DNA of 37,280 bases from Actinomycetota bacterium (GTDB taxonomy: Bacteria; Actinomycetota; Actinomycetes; Actinomycetales; Microbacteriaceae), in assembly GCA_039795835.1 (NCBI GenBank), contig JBDKLA010000002.1, positions 1-37,280 of the forward strand. The letters run 5' to 3'. Shown here in pieces: positions 20,594 through 30,402 of this stretch. The position numbers and the translations under genes were made by a program. A model generated the notes under the pieces. That model was given only the letters and a program-made list of their open reading frames with translations, was not told where the DNA came from and searched no databases. Position 1 is the stretch's first letter. Every line of letters begins with the position of its first letter.

Positions 20594-23272
20594 TTATGCC
20601 ACCAACGAGCGAAGAACGTACTGAAGAATTCCGCCGTTTCGGTAGTAGTCGGCTTCTCCAGGGGTGTCAATGCGAACCACGGCGTCGAAGACGATCTCCT
20701 GCTTGCCTGCTGGCGAGTGTGCTGAAGGCTTAGCAGTAACCTTCAGGGTCTTAGGAGTCGTCCCGTTGTTTAGCTCGGTGATTCCCTCAATGTCGAAAAT
20801 TTCGGTACCGTCAAGCCCCAGCGAAGCCGCAGTCTGGCCGGCTGGGTACTGCAATGGAACTACACCCATACCAATTAGGTTGCTGCGGTGGATACGCTCG
20901 AAGCTTTCGGCGATAACTGCCTTCACTCCCAGCAAGCTGGTTCCCTTGGCTGCCCAGTCGCGCGACGAACCGGTGCCGTATTCCTTGCCACCTAGGACAA
21001 CCAGTGGGGTGCCTTCAGCGCGGTAGTTCTCAGATGCGTCGAAGATGAAGCTCTGTGGACCATCAGCCTTGGTGAAGTCGCGGGTGTAACCACCCTCAAC
21101 TCCGTCTAGCAGCAGGTTCTTTAGGCGAATGTTCGCAAATGTTCCGCGAATCATGATCTCGTGGTTTCCGCGACGCGAGCCATAGCTGTTGAAGTCGGCA
21201 CGGGCAACACCCAAATCGGTTAGGTACTTACCAGCTGGCGAGTCAACCTTGATCGAGGATGCAGGGCTGATGTGGTCGGTGGTAACCGAGTCGCCTAGAA
21301 GAGCCAGAACTCGAGCCGAGTGGATGTCCTTGACTGGGTCTGGGGTCGTCTTCATGCCGTCGAAGTAAGGAGCCTTCTTTACGTAGGTCGACTTTTCGTC
21401 CCAGGCGAAGGTTGCGCCGGTAGGAGTTGGTAGACCTTTCCAACGTGCGTCACCCTCGAATACGCTTCCGTACTGCTTCTTGAACATTTCGGAGTTGATC
21501 GAGTTGTCGATGGTCTCCTGAACCTCTTCAGGGCTTGGCCAGATGTCCTTCAGGAAAACATCGTTACCCTCTTGGTCTTTGCCAAGAGAGTCGTTCTCGA
21601 AATCGAAGTCCATGGTTCCTGCCAACGAGTAGGCAATTACCAGCGGTGGTGAAGCTAGGTAGTTCATCTTCACGTCTGGGCTAATACGTCCCTCGAAGTT
21701 ACGGTTACCAGAAAGCACCGCGGTGACCGCAAGGTCGTTCTCCTGGATTGAAGCGGAGATTGCTTCGTCCAGAGGGCCAGAGTTACCGATACAGGTAGCA
21801 CAGCCGTAACCAACAAGGTTGAAGCCGAGAGCGTTCAGGTCGTCGGTTAGGCCAGCCTTCTCGTAATACTCGGTGACAACCTTCGAACCTGGAGCAAGCG
21901 AGGTCTTAACCCACGGCTTAGCCTTCAGGCCCTTCTTTACGGCATTGCGAGCAACCAGTCCGGCTGCCAACATCACCGAAGGGTTCGAGGTGTTGGTGCA
22001 GGAAGTGATCGAAGCGATGGTCACGTAACCGTTGTCGATCGTGTATTCCTTGCCGGAAACCTTAGAAGGCTTTGATGTTTCCGAGACATAACTAGGAAGA
22101 ACCTGCTTGAAGCTCTCCTTCGACTTGTGCAGTTCGATGCGGTCCTGTGGACGCTTCGGACCGGCAATCGAAGGCTTTACGGTACTTAGATCGAGTTCTA
22201 GGTACTCGCTGTAGACAGGCTCAATGCTCGGGTCGTGCCATAGGCCCTGGGCCTTGGTGTAGGCCTCAACCAGCGCCACATCTTCTTCGCTACGACCGGT
22301 GATGCGTAGGTAGTCCAAGGTAACTTCGTCAATTGGGAAGATCGCCACGGTTGAACCGAACTCTGGGCTCATGTTTCCGATGGTCGCGCGGTTAGCAAGA
22401 GGAACCGACGAAACACCGTTTCCATAGAATTCAACGAACTTGCCAACTACACCGTGCTTGCGAAGCTGCTCGGTAATGGTTAGAACCACGTCTGTAGCAG
22501 TTACACCCATAGGGATCGAACCGGTCAGCTTAAAGCCAACGACGCGAGGAATAAGCATCGAAACAGGCTGACCAAGCATGGCAGCCTCGGCTTCGATTCC
22601 ACCGACACCCCAACCTAGGACTCCTAGTCCGTTCACCATTGTAGTGTGCGAGTCGGTACCGACACAGCTGTCTGGGTACGCCTGAAGTTCGCCGTTTACC
22701 TCGCGAGCCATAACGGTTCTGGCTAGGTATTCGATGTTTACCTGGTGAACGATTCCAGTGCCTGGAGGAACAACCTTGAAGTTGTCAAACGCGGTCTGCC
22801 CCCAACGTAGGAACTGATAGCGCTCGCCGTTTCGCTGGTACTCCAACTCAACGTTCTTTTCGAATGCGTCGGCGCTTCCGGCGACGTCGATGATCACCGA
22901 GTGGTCAATAACCATTTCGGCGGGAGCTAGTGGGTTGATTCGCTCTGGGTTACCACCTAGAGCCGAAACTGCTTCACGCATGGTGGCAAGGTCTACGACA
23001 CAAGGCACACCGGTGAAGTCCTGCATGATCACGCGCGCAGGGGTGAACTGGATTTCAGTGTCTGGTTCAGCGCTTGGGTCCCAGTTGGCTAGAGCTTTGA
23101 TCTGCTCTGCAGTAACGTTTGCGCCATCTTCGGTACGGAGTAGGTTCTCAAGCAGAATCTTGAGGCTGTATGGCAGCTTAGGTGCGTTTAGCTTGTCCAG
23201 TCTGAAATAGCGGTACTCCTTGTCACCAACTTTTAGCTTGTCGGCAGCTTGGAAACTATTTACTTTGGACAT
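20594..23272 (-). CDS. acnA: Aconitate hydratase A
   Basis: [55 protein letters not shown]. Confidence 0.99.
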   Translation of the reverse strand: MSKVNSFQAADKLKVGDKEYRYFRLDKLNAPKLPYSLKILLENLLRTEDGANVTAEQIKALANWDPSAEPDTEIQFTPARVIMQDFTGVPCVVDLATMREAVSALGGNPERINPLAPAEMVIDHSVIIDVAGSADAFEKNVELEYQRNGERYQFLRWGQTAFDNFKVVPPGTGIVHQVNIEYLARTVMAREVNGELQAYPDSCVGTDSHTTMVNGLGVLGWGVGGIEAEAAMLGQPVSMLIPRVVGFKLTGSIPMGVTATDVVLTITEQLRKHGVVGKFVEFYGNGVSSVPLANRATIGNMSPEFGSTVAIFPIDEVTLDYLRITGRSEEDVALVEAYTKAQGLWHDPSIEPVYSEYLELDLSTVKPSIAGPKRPQDRIELHKSKESFKQVLPSYVSETSKPSKVSGKEYTIDNGYVTIASITSCTNTSNPSVMLAAGLVARNAVKKGLKAKPWVKTSLAPGSKVVTEYYEKAGLTDDLNALGFNLVGYGCATCIGNSGPLDEAISASIQENDLAVTAVLSGNRNFEGRISPDVKMNYLASPPLVIAYSLAGTMDFDFENDSLGKDQEGNDVFLKDIWPSPEEVQETIDNSINSEMFKKQYGSVFEGDARWKGLPTPTGATFAWDEKSTYVKKAPYFDGMKTTPDPVKDIHSARVLALLGDSVTTDHISPASSIKVDSPAGKYLTDLGVARADFNSYGSRRGNHEIMIRGTFANIRLKNLLLDGVEGGYTRDFTKADGPQSFIFDASENYRAEGTPLVVLGGKEYGTGSSRDWAAKGTSLLGVKAVIAESFERIHRSNLIGMGVVPLQYPAGQTAASLGLDGTEIFDIEGITELNNGTTPKTLKVTAKPSAHSPAGKQEIVFDAVVRIDTPGEADYYRNGGILQYVLRSLVA

Positions 23273-23318
23273 ATTTACTCCTACTGAAACAACATCACTG
23301 TCAGGATAAAAACTACCA

Positions 23319-23939
23319 TTACTTGTCGCGGGTCAAGGTAACTCTGGCGATGAGCCAACTGAACCAAACGATTAGTGCATAAAACGGGGTTCCGAGTAAT
23401 AGTTTGGCTACACCGAGAGCCGCAACCTGATTTGCAAAATACAGCGGAACCTCAACAACTAGACGAACCACGAACATACCCAGCCACATCACCGTAATCC
23501 AGTAACAGCGCCTGTAGACGGCGCGATCGGTCTTCCAGGTTTTCGCAGTAGGACTCAGGAAACTCAAGGCTACGGCAGCCAGCGGATACCTGAATAACAG
23601 GGATAGCCCGAATGCCAGGCCGTAGCCCACATTTGTGAGCAGTCCAGGTACAAAGTAGTCGGCGGCGTGGGTGTCGTTTAGTCCGTCGCGAAGCGGCAGA
23701 TAAACCGACAAGGCCAAACCAACGATTCCGGCAAAAACCTGAGTTAGCGGACGCTTGCGAATAAGTTGAAGAATTGCGAAAACAAGCGCAGTGGAACCGG
23801 CCACGATTGCGGAAAGCACGACGTTCAAAGTGAGACTGAACAGGGTTACGTAAACAGTTCCTGGAATTAGAGATTCGATGATTCCAATTGGCCCACCAAG
23901 GGTGGCCAAAATGTCGTTCTGTTTAGGTTTCTCGGTCAA
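23319..23939 (-). CDS. DUF3159 family membrane protein
   Basis: [33 protein letters not shown]; usual position after dut-DUF3710. Confidence 0.85.
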   Translation of the reverse strand: MTEKPKQNDILATLGGPIGIIESLIPGTVYVTLFSLTLNVVLSAIVAGSTALVFAILQLIRKRPLTQVFAGIVGLALSVYLPLRDGLNDTHAADYFVPGLLTNVGYGLAFGLSLLFRYPLAAVALSFLSPTAKTWKTDRAVYRRCYWITVMWLGMFVVRLVVEVPLYFANQVAALGVAKLLLGTPFYALIVWFSWLIARVTLTRDK

Positions 23940-24503
23940 CTAAAGCTCAAACTTTGGGGGTACAAAATTCCCGTCTGGAACTTTAAGCGGAAGTGGTTCG
24001 CGAGGAGGCATTGGCGAGTTTCCACGATCGATCACCAATGAACGGAAAATGTCTTCCATGTTCACGGCCGCGTTAGCATCGGTGAGTGCCGGCCCGGTGA
24101 TGGCACCACGAAGGAACCAGCGTGGTCCGTCTACGCCGATAAAGCGAACCTCTCTCCGTTCACCGTTGGTCACGAGGACGGCGTCGAGCTGTTTGCCAAA
24201 ACCGCCAATGGTTTCAACGACCGAGCCGCCTGAAGTGGTAATCGTTTCCATGAGCTGCGAGTAAATCTCCGGCCAAAGTTCCTCACTCTTGGCGGCAGAG
24301 AAGGCTGAAACCTGAAGCACCGAACCTTGGTGCTCAAAGCTAACCGCAACAATCGCATTGGTCGCTTCATCGACTTCGGCACGAACCGAGACGCCCTCGA
24401 TGACCGGCATCAAGATGCTTCCAAACGAAAGCAGTCCTAGGGTCGATGCGACCTCGGTGGAGTCGTGCGGGCCGGTTAGGTCTGGAGTGTGGATGTCAGA
24501 CAT
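23940..24503 (-). CDS. DUF3710 family protein
   Basis: GPHD, LQVSAFSA, LWPEI, RFIGVDGPRWFLRG, PMPPREPLPL. Confidence 0.88.
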   Translation of the reverse strand: MSDIHTPDLTGPHDSTEVASTLGLLSFGSILMPVIEGVSVRAEVDEATNAIVAVSFEHQGSVLQVSAFSAAKSEELWPEIYSQLMETITTSGGSVVETIGGFGKQLDAVLVTNGERREVRFIGVDGPRWFLRGAITGPALTDANAAVNMEDIFRSLVIDRGNSPMPPREPLPLKVPDGNFVPPKFEL

Positions 24504-24940
24504 TACTTAACTCCGGTCGAACCGAATCCCGCCTCTCCACGGTGGGATTCTGGGAGCTTGTCGACAACTACGAACTCGGCCTTAGTAAATTCCTGAATCA
24601 CCAGCTGGGCAATTCGGTCAAGTCTGGCAACTGGGAAGTCCGTGTCGGTGCTGTTGTAAAGGGTGACCATGACTTCACCGCGATAGCCGGCGTCGATGGT
24701 TCCAGGGGTGTTTAGAACGGTAATTCCGTGCTTGGCGGCGAGACCCGAACGAGGGTGAACTAGGCCAACGTAGCCATCCGGTAGAGCGATCGAAACACCA
24801 GTCTTGACGAGCACACGACCGCGGGCAGGAACAACCGTTTCCTCCGAAGCACGCAGATCACAACCGGCATCGCCAGGTTGCGCATAGGCAGGCATGAGTT
24901 CAGAATCGGCAACAATGAGCACAGGAACTGTTTGGGTCAT
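24503..24940 (-). CDS. dut: dUTP diphosphatase
   Basis: GDAGCDL, HPRSGLA, GTIDAGYRGE, DRIAQLV, RGEAGFGSTG. Confidence 0.98.
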   Translation of the reverse strand: MTQTVPVLIVADSELMPAYAQPGDAGCDLRASEETVVPARGRVLVKTGVSIALPDGYVGLVHPRSGLAAKHGITVLNTPGTIDAGYRGEVMVTLYNSTDTDFPVARLDRIAQLVIQEFTKAEFVVVDKLPESHRGEAGFGSTGVK

Positions 24941-24962
24941 GGTTAGAGCGTAGTCTAAATAT
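24941..24962. promoter_or_regulatory. Bidirectional overlapping -10 elements for dut and the DUF3093 gene
   Basis: - strand TACGCT-N6-ATG; + strand TAGTCT-N6-GTG. Confidence 0.65.
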
Positions 24963-25394
24963 GTGATTGTTTACCGTGAACGAGTGCTGCCGAGCATCTC
25001 AAATCTTGTTCTGCCAGTACTGCTTTTCCCGAGCGTTTGGGCGGTAATGCTCCCTATCGATGCTCCCCTAGCACTACCCGTTGCCGCCTTCCTGACATTT
25101 GGATTTGTGGCCCTTATTTTTCTTTCGGCGCCGGTCGTCCTAGTTTCGGAAACTGAACTCTCTGCACGCGGTGCAACTATTCAACGCAAGTTGCTTGGCG
25201 AGATTACATTGGTGCCAAAGTCGCAACAATTCAATGAGCTCGGAACAAAACTCAATGCGAGAGCCTGGTTATCGATTCAGGCAAGCGTAAAGGGAATGGT
25301 CAAGGTTGAAATCAACGATCCGAGTGACCCAACACCATATTGGCTGATTAGCACGAGAAATCCGGAAAAACTGAAGAGAGTTCTGTCGAACTAG
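24963..25394 (+). CDS. DUF3093 family protein
   Basis: YRERVLPS, two TM segments, LNARAW, DPSDPTPYWLISTRNPE. Confidence 0.9.
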   Translation: MIVYRERVLPSISNLVLPVLLFPSVWAVMLPIDAPLALPVAAFLTFGFVALIFLSAPVVLVSETELSARGATIQRKLLGEITLVPKSQQFNELGTKLNARAWLSIQASVKGMVKVEINDPSDPTPYWLISTRNPEKLKRVLSN

Positions 25395-25684
25395 TCGGCG
25401 CACTCGGTGCAGAATGGGCCTTCGATGCCCGACTTCTTCTTGACCTTAGACATCTGCGAACGGTGCTTTACGATGAAGCAATCCATGCAGGTGAATTCAT
25501 CGCTCTGGGGTGGCATAACCACAACGTCCTCGAGGGCCTGCTTATCTGGGTCGATACCGCCTAGATCCTCGATTTCAACAGGCAGGGTGGCCTGGGCAGA
25601 CTTGTCGCTCTGGCTTTCTTTGAGAGCGTCTAACGACTCCGCATCATCGTCATTTTTGCGAGGTGCATCGTAATCGGTGGCCAT
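25391..25684 (-). CDS. DUF4193 family protein
   Basis: MATDYDAPRK, DEFTCMDCFIVKHRSQ, CTEC; start moved to ATG 25684. Confidence 0.92.
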   Translation of the reverse strand: MATDYDAPRKNDDDAESLDALKESQSDKSAQATLPVEIEDLGGIDPDKQALEDVVVMPPQSDEFTCMDCFIVKHRSQMSKVKKKSGIEGPFCTECAD

Positions 25685-25769
25685 TTGCCTACCCTTCAGG
25701 GAATCACTTTTACTTAAGGCGCGTTTAGTGTCCAACATGTTTATCGTTTTCGCAAACGCAAAACGCCCA

Positions 25770-25795
25770 AACACTCAAAAAAAGTTCTTTATTCC
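25770..25795 (-). promoter_or_regulatory. Putative SigR/SigH-type ECF promoter for the DUF4193 gene
   Basis: GGAAT-N18-GTT on the - strand, about 85 nt upstream of the ATG. Confidence 0.55.
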
Positions 25796-25857
25796 ACACC
25801 TAGACCAATCCCCTACAAATCCGCTTGCTGGTGGCAAACTTTTCGCAGGAGGGTTTT

Positions 25858-26817
25858 ATGCGTGAACTAAATCCGATCGGTAGAGAAGACAACCTTCTAC
25901 TACTGGTCAGTGCTGATGGTGAAAAGTTTTCAGTAACCATCGACGAAACCCTTACCCGAACCATCAAGGAAAACCGCCTTCCTGATACCAGCGGAGAACA
26001 GCTCACACCTAGACAGATCCAGGACGCCGTACGCGCTGGTAAATCGGTGACCGAAATCGCTGAAGAGAGCGGAACCAAACTTTCGCTCGTCGAACGTTTT
26101 GCCCACCCAGTTCTAGAAGAACTTCAACACATGGTCGATCTAGCAAAAAGCATTCGAGTTGAGCTTCCTGCGGACCGCTTCAACGAGATTGCCAAAAAGC
26201 CTTTCGGCGAGGTCATCGAAGAAAACCTTGCGGCCGTATCTGCCACATCAATTACCTGGAGTGCCAGCAGAGCAGAAAACTCGGTCTGGCTAATTACCGT
26301 TACCTATACCGTGAACGATGCACAGGGCGCAGCTACCTGGACTTTTGACCCCCGCAAATATTTGCTTACTCCAGAAACCTCTAACGCACAGTCGCTCTCC
26401 ACGCCAGGTACAAAAATTGACTCTCCTTTGCGTTCCACCGCCAAGGTGGCGCAACCAGAGGAACAGGTTGCAAGTGAACCTGTTGTGACCGCGGAAAAAC
26501 TTGAAGCTTTCCGCAGCCGCCGCGCCCGAGCCGAAGTGCCAGTGGAGCCAGAACCCATTCCTGAACCTGAACCTGAACTCATTCCTGAACCACAAGTTAT
26601 CGAAGCCGTGGAAGAGGAAACGGTTCTCGCAGAAGTTATTTCGATAACTCAGCCAATTGAGCTGGTACCAGAGGATCTCGGGGAAGAGACTCAAGAAGTT
26701 CCTGCCGAGCAACCAGAAGCGCCTAAGCCAGACGCATCCAAGAAAACCCGTGCACCAATGCCGTCCTGGGATCAGATCGTTCGAGGCACGCAGTCGGATG
26801 ACGGCGAAGCCTTCTAA
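25858..26817 (+). CDS. sepH: Septation protein SepH (DUF3071)
   Basis: LTPRQIQDAVRAGKS HTH, VERFAHPVL, C-terminal MPSWDQIV; ATG 25858 after AGGAGG and a TGG-CAAACT -10. Confidence 0.88.
   Translation: MRELNPIGREDNLLLLVSADGEKFSVTIDETLTRTIKENRLPDTSGEQLTPRQIQDAVRAGKSVTEIAEESGTKLSLVERFAHPVLEELQHMVDLAKSIRVELPADRFNEIAKKPFGEVIEENLAAVSATSITWSASRAENSVWLITVTYTVNDAQGAATWTFDPRKYLLTPETSNAQSLSTPGTKIDSPLRSTAKVAQPEEQVASEPVVTAEKLEAFRSRRARAEVPVEPEPIPEPEPELIPEPQVIEAVEEETVLAEVISITQPIELVPEDLGEETQEVPAEQPEAPKPDASKKTRAPMPSWDQIVRGTQSDDGEAF
26545..26593 (+). repeat. Low-complexity Glu-Pro repeat in the SepH linker
   Basis: EPEPIPEPEPELIPEP encoded by repeated cctgaa-like units. Confidence 0.6.
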
Positions 26818-27942
26818 CTAGTAGCTACCGAGACGAATCAGGGGAACCCTTGTCTCCTGATCTGAAATTGCCCCGTGCTGGCCAATCATTTTCAAATGAC
26901 TTTCTTTGGCAAACCTTCGATCGTAGGCCACCACTGCGTCTTTCCAGATGATGTACAAATCCGGCAGGAGACCACTTACGGCAGGTGTGGATGCACTCAT
27001 CCAGCCAGTTGCAATTAGTTGCTCGGCGTCGCAAATATAGGCACTCGCACCAAAAGAGCTATCGAGTTTGGCACGCATGTCGTTTACACCCGCGCTTTCG
27101 CGCAAGTAGACAAAGTTGCAGCGAGGATCCCCAGCTGTGTATTCAACAGATTCGGTGAACCATTCGAACTCGTCCAAGTAGATCTGATTACTCACGGAAA
27201 CATCGAGAACGCCGTGGTCTGCAGTTAGGAGCACTCCAACGTTTCCAGGCAAGTCGTTAATGAATTTCTCAACTTCTCGATCTAGGTCTTCCAACGCTTC
27301 CAACCACTGGCTAGATTCAACACCAAACCGATGAGCCAGCTGGTCTAGCTCAGGTATGTATAAATAACTAAGGGTTGCTTGGTGGTTCCGAACCAACCGA
27401 CCGAACTTTTCGAAACGCTCGGCAATACTTTGCGCCGAAACATATTTGGCGGATTTCATGGTTAGCTCGGTGAAACCGGAAGTTTCATAGCTGGAAGGTC
27501 CGATGGCAAAGACCTCAACCTCACCTGGAGATTCTGAGAGCGCAGGAAGCTTCTTATATTCGGCCGCCTGGAAGGATGAAGCCCATCCTGTTAGTAGATT
27601 CTTTAGTTCTTTGGTGGAACGATCAAAGGCTGAATAGCCGATGAGACCGTGCGACCCCGAACGCAAACCCGTAGCGAAACCGGCAATTGAAGTAGCGGTG
27701 GTGCTGGGAAACTCACACCTGATTGAATGGGTGAGTTTCGAATTTAGAAATCTTGCATACGCGGTGGATTTGCGCACATTTTTATATCCCAAGCCGTCCA
27801 CGAGAATCACCACGGAGTGACGAGTTTTAGGTAACTTGAGTCGGTTCTCCCCCGAGCCACCCACCGAAGCCAGAGCACTGGTAAACACATCCGAGAGCCT
27901 CCCCACATCTTTAGGGGCTGCAGGTAGCATCAAAGGGGTCAT
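26818..27942 (-). CDS. Alkaline phosphatase / nucleotide pyrophosphatase family protein
   Basis: [40 protein letters not shown]. Confidence 0.88.
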   Translation of the reverse strand: MTPLMLPAAPKDVGRLSDVFTSALASVGGSGENRLKLPKTRHSVVILVDGLGYKNVRKSTAYARFLNSKLTHSIRCEFPSTTATSIAGFATGLRSGSHGLIGYSAFDRSTKELKNLLTGWASSFQAAEYKKLPALSESPGEVEVFAIGPSSYETSGFTELTMKSAKYVSAQSIAERFEKFGRLVRNHQATLSYLYIPELDQLAHRFGVESSQWLEALEDLDREVEKFINDLPGNVGVLLTADHGVLDVSVSNQIYLDEFEWFTESVEYTAGDPRCNFVYLRESAGVNDMRAKLDSSFGASAYICDAEQLIATGWMSASTPAVSGLLPDLYIIWKDAVVAYDRRFAKESHLKMIGQHGAISDQETRVPLIRLGSY

Positions 27943-27975
27943 CCCCTAGAGTTTGCCATACCGAGTAAAGAAACC

Positions 27976-30399
27976 ATGACGAACAACATCACACCCTCAG
28001 AAAAGATTGTCGACATCGACCTGACTCTTGAAATGCAAGAGTCGTTTCTGGAGTACTCGTACTCGGTTATTTACTCTCGAGCTCTCCCGGACGCCCGAGA
28101 CGGTCTGAAGCCAGTCCACCGCAGAATCATCTATCAAATGGGTGAAATGGGTCTGCGCCCAGACAAGGGTCACGTTAAGTCGGCTCGAGTCACCGGTGAG
28201 GTCATGGGTAAGCTCCACCCTCACGGAGATAGCGCGATCTACGATGCCATGGTTCGCATGGCCCAGGACTTCAGCCTTCGAATGCCACTGATCGACGGTC
28301 ACGGAAACTTCGGAAGCCTCGATGACGGTCCGGCGGCCGCCAGGTACACCGAAGCTCGTCTGAGTCAGGCTGCCATGCTCATGAACGAAGATCTCGACGA
28401 AGACGTGGTCGACTTCAAACCAAACTACGACGCACAGTTGACCGAGCCAGAGGTACTTCCAGCGGCCTTTCCAAACCTTCTGGTAAACGGATCCGCCGGT
28501 ATTGCGGTTGGTATGGCAACCAACATGGCTCCGCACAATCTTCGCGAGACCATTGCCGCTGCGATCCACCTGCTAAACAACGTGGACGCCACCAATGCCG
28601 AACTAATGAAATATGTTCCCGGACCAGACCTACCAACCGGCGGAATTATCGTCGGTCTCGATGGCATCCGAGACGCTTACGAAACCGGTCGCGGAACCTT
28701 TAAGACCCGTGCCAAGGTGTCGGTAGAGAGCGTAAGCCCGAGAAAACTAGGTCTTGTGGTCACGGAACTTCCCTACTTGGTTGGGCCTGAAAAGGTAATT
28801 GAAAAGATCAAAGAGGGTGTCAACAACAAGAAGCTTCAGGGTATTGCGGATGTCACCGATCTAACCGACCGAACCAACGGCTTGAAGCTAGTGATTGGTC
28901 TCAAGACCGGCTTTGACCCGGATGTAGTCCTAGATCTCTTGTACCGATTCACTCCGATGGAGGATTCGTTCGGCATCAACAACGTTGCCCTGGTTCACGG
29001 TCGTCCTCAAACTCTGGGTCTTCGCGACCTGCTTGGAGTGTTCCTGGCTCACCGAATCACCGTGACCCGTCGTCGCAGCGAGAATCGACTTGGCAAAAAG
29101 AAGGCGCGCCTTCACCTCGTCGAAGGTCTCCTCAAAGCCATCCTCGAGATCGACGAAGTGATCCGAGTTATTCGCGCTTCCGATGAGGTTGATGAAGCTC
29201 GAACAAATTTGATGGAGCGATTCTCGCTTTCGGAAATCCAAGCAGAATACATTCTTGAACTGCGTCTACGTCGCCTCACAAAGTTCAGCAAAATCGAACT
29301 GGACGGCGAGGCCGACAGCCTCAAGAAAGAGATTGATTATCTCGAGAAACTTCTCGGAAACGAATCACTGCTTCGCGACTTAGTGGCCGAAGAACTTCAG
29401 GCCGTTGCCGACAAATACGGCGACGCCAGACGCACTCAACTCATCGATGATGCGGGTGAAGTCAAAGCAGTGAGCAATGCCAAAGCAATTGCATCGAGCG
29501 CAGAACTTGCCGACACCGAATGTTCGATTCTTCTAACCAGTAGTGGTTTACTCGGCCGAACTCCTGCGTACGCGGCTGCTGAACCTGGGTCGAAGCGTAA
29601 GCGTCATGATGCGGTTGCGAGCCATATTGAAACCAGCACACGAAAAGATGTCGGTTTCCTAACCAGCACCGGACGAATGGTAAGAATTCACGCCGGCGAC
29701 ATCCCTCCGGTTGGAGACAGCTTCGATCCTTCAGCCGCGATCAAGGTCCATGAATTCCTTGGACTAGAGGGAGACGAAAAACTCATAGGAGTATTCGACC
29801 TGGCGAACCCTACGGAAATTTCTCTCGCTACAGCCCAGGGTGTAATCAAGCGCGTAGCAGCCGACTTCCCTGCCAAGGACGAATTCGAAATGATTAGCCT
29901 CAAAGAAGGCGACCGAGTAATTGGCGCCGAGGTGGCCGGGGATGCCAAGGAGTACGTCCTGATCACTTCGGATGCCCAGTTGCTTAGATTCGACTCCAGT
30001 TCGGTTCGAGCCACCGGTAGAGCAGCTGCTGGAATCGCTGGAATCAACCTTCCAGAGGGAGCATTGGTTATTTCGTTTGGCGTTGTGAGCGACGCCGACT
30101 CGGTCCAGGTCATCACCGCGGCAAAATCAGGAAGCACACTTGCCGGAATTGACGGCGGCAGCCTGAAGCGCTCAATGTTGAACGAGTTCCCAGCCAAGGG
30201 CCGTGCAACCGGTGGCGTTCGTGCTCACAAGTTCATTCGCAACGAAGATCACCTTTATTTCGCCAGAGTAATTGCAGGAGAGCCGCTTGGTGCAAGCGCC
30301 GACGGTAAACCGATCGATCTCACTGCGTTTGAACTAGCTAAGCGAGATGCCAGTGGTTCAACCCTGGACATAGCTATCGCCAGTGTTGGAACCCGCTAA
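27976..30399 (+). CDS. parC: DNA topoisomerase IV subunit A (actinobacterial second type IIA topoisomerase)
   Basis: [45 protein letters not shown]; no QxRGGKG GyrA-box at the start of the CTD. Confidence 0.9.
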   Translation: MTNNITPSEKIVDIDLTLEMQESFLEYSYSVIYSRALPDARDGLKPVHRRIIYQMGEMGLRPDKGHVKSARVTGEVMGKLHPHGDSAIYDAMVRMAQDFSLRMPLIDGHGNFGSLDDGPAAARYTEARLSQAAMLMNEDLDEDVVDFKPNYDAQLTEPEVLPAAFPNLLVNGSAGIAVGMATNMAPHNLRETIAAAIHLLNNVDATNAELMKYVPGPDLPTGGIIVGLDGIRDAYETGRGTFKTRAKVSVESVSPRKLGLVVTELPYLVGPEKVIEKIKEGVNNKKLQGIADVTDLTDRTNGLKLVIGLKTGFDPDVVLDLLYRFTPMEDSFGINNVALVHGRPQTLGLRDLLGVFLAHRITVTRRRSENRLGKKKARLHLVEGLLKAILEIDEVIRVIRASDEVDEARTNLMERFSLSEIQAEYILELRLRRLTKFSKIELDGEADSLKKEIDYLEKLLGNESLLRDLVAEELQAVADKYGDARRTQLIDDAGEVKAVSNAKAIASSAELADTECSILLTSSGLLGRTPAYAAAEPGSKRKRHDAVASHIETSTRKDVGFLTSTGRMVRIHAGDIPPVGDSFDPSAAIKVHEFLGLEGDEKLIGVFDLANPTEISLATAQGVIKRVAADFPAKDEFEMISLKEGDRVIGAEVAGDAKEYVLITSDAQLLRFDSSSVRATGRAAAGIAGINLPEGALVISFGVVSDADSVQVITAAKSGSTLAGIDGGSLKRSMLNEFPAKGRATGGVRAHKFIRNEDHLYFARVIAGEPLGASADGKPIDLTAFELAKRDASGSTLDIAIASVGTR

Positions 30400-30402
30400 A
30401 AA

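Noticed and set aside
26545-26593. Short direct repeats as a possible CRISPR or contingency locus
   Set aside because: They are imperfect in-frame Glu-Pro codon repeats in a disordered SepH linker, with no spacers or cas genes.
27997-30197. Long antisense ORFs (190 aa, 169 aa, and similar ones opposite thrS, dxs, acnA)
   Set aside because: They are shadows of conserved genes caused by codon bias and show no recognisable motifs.
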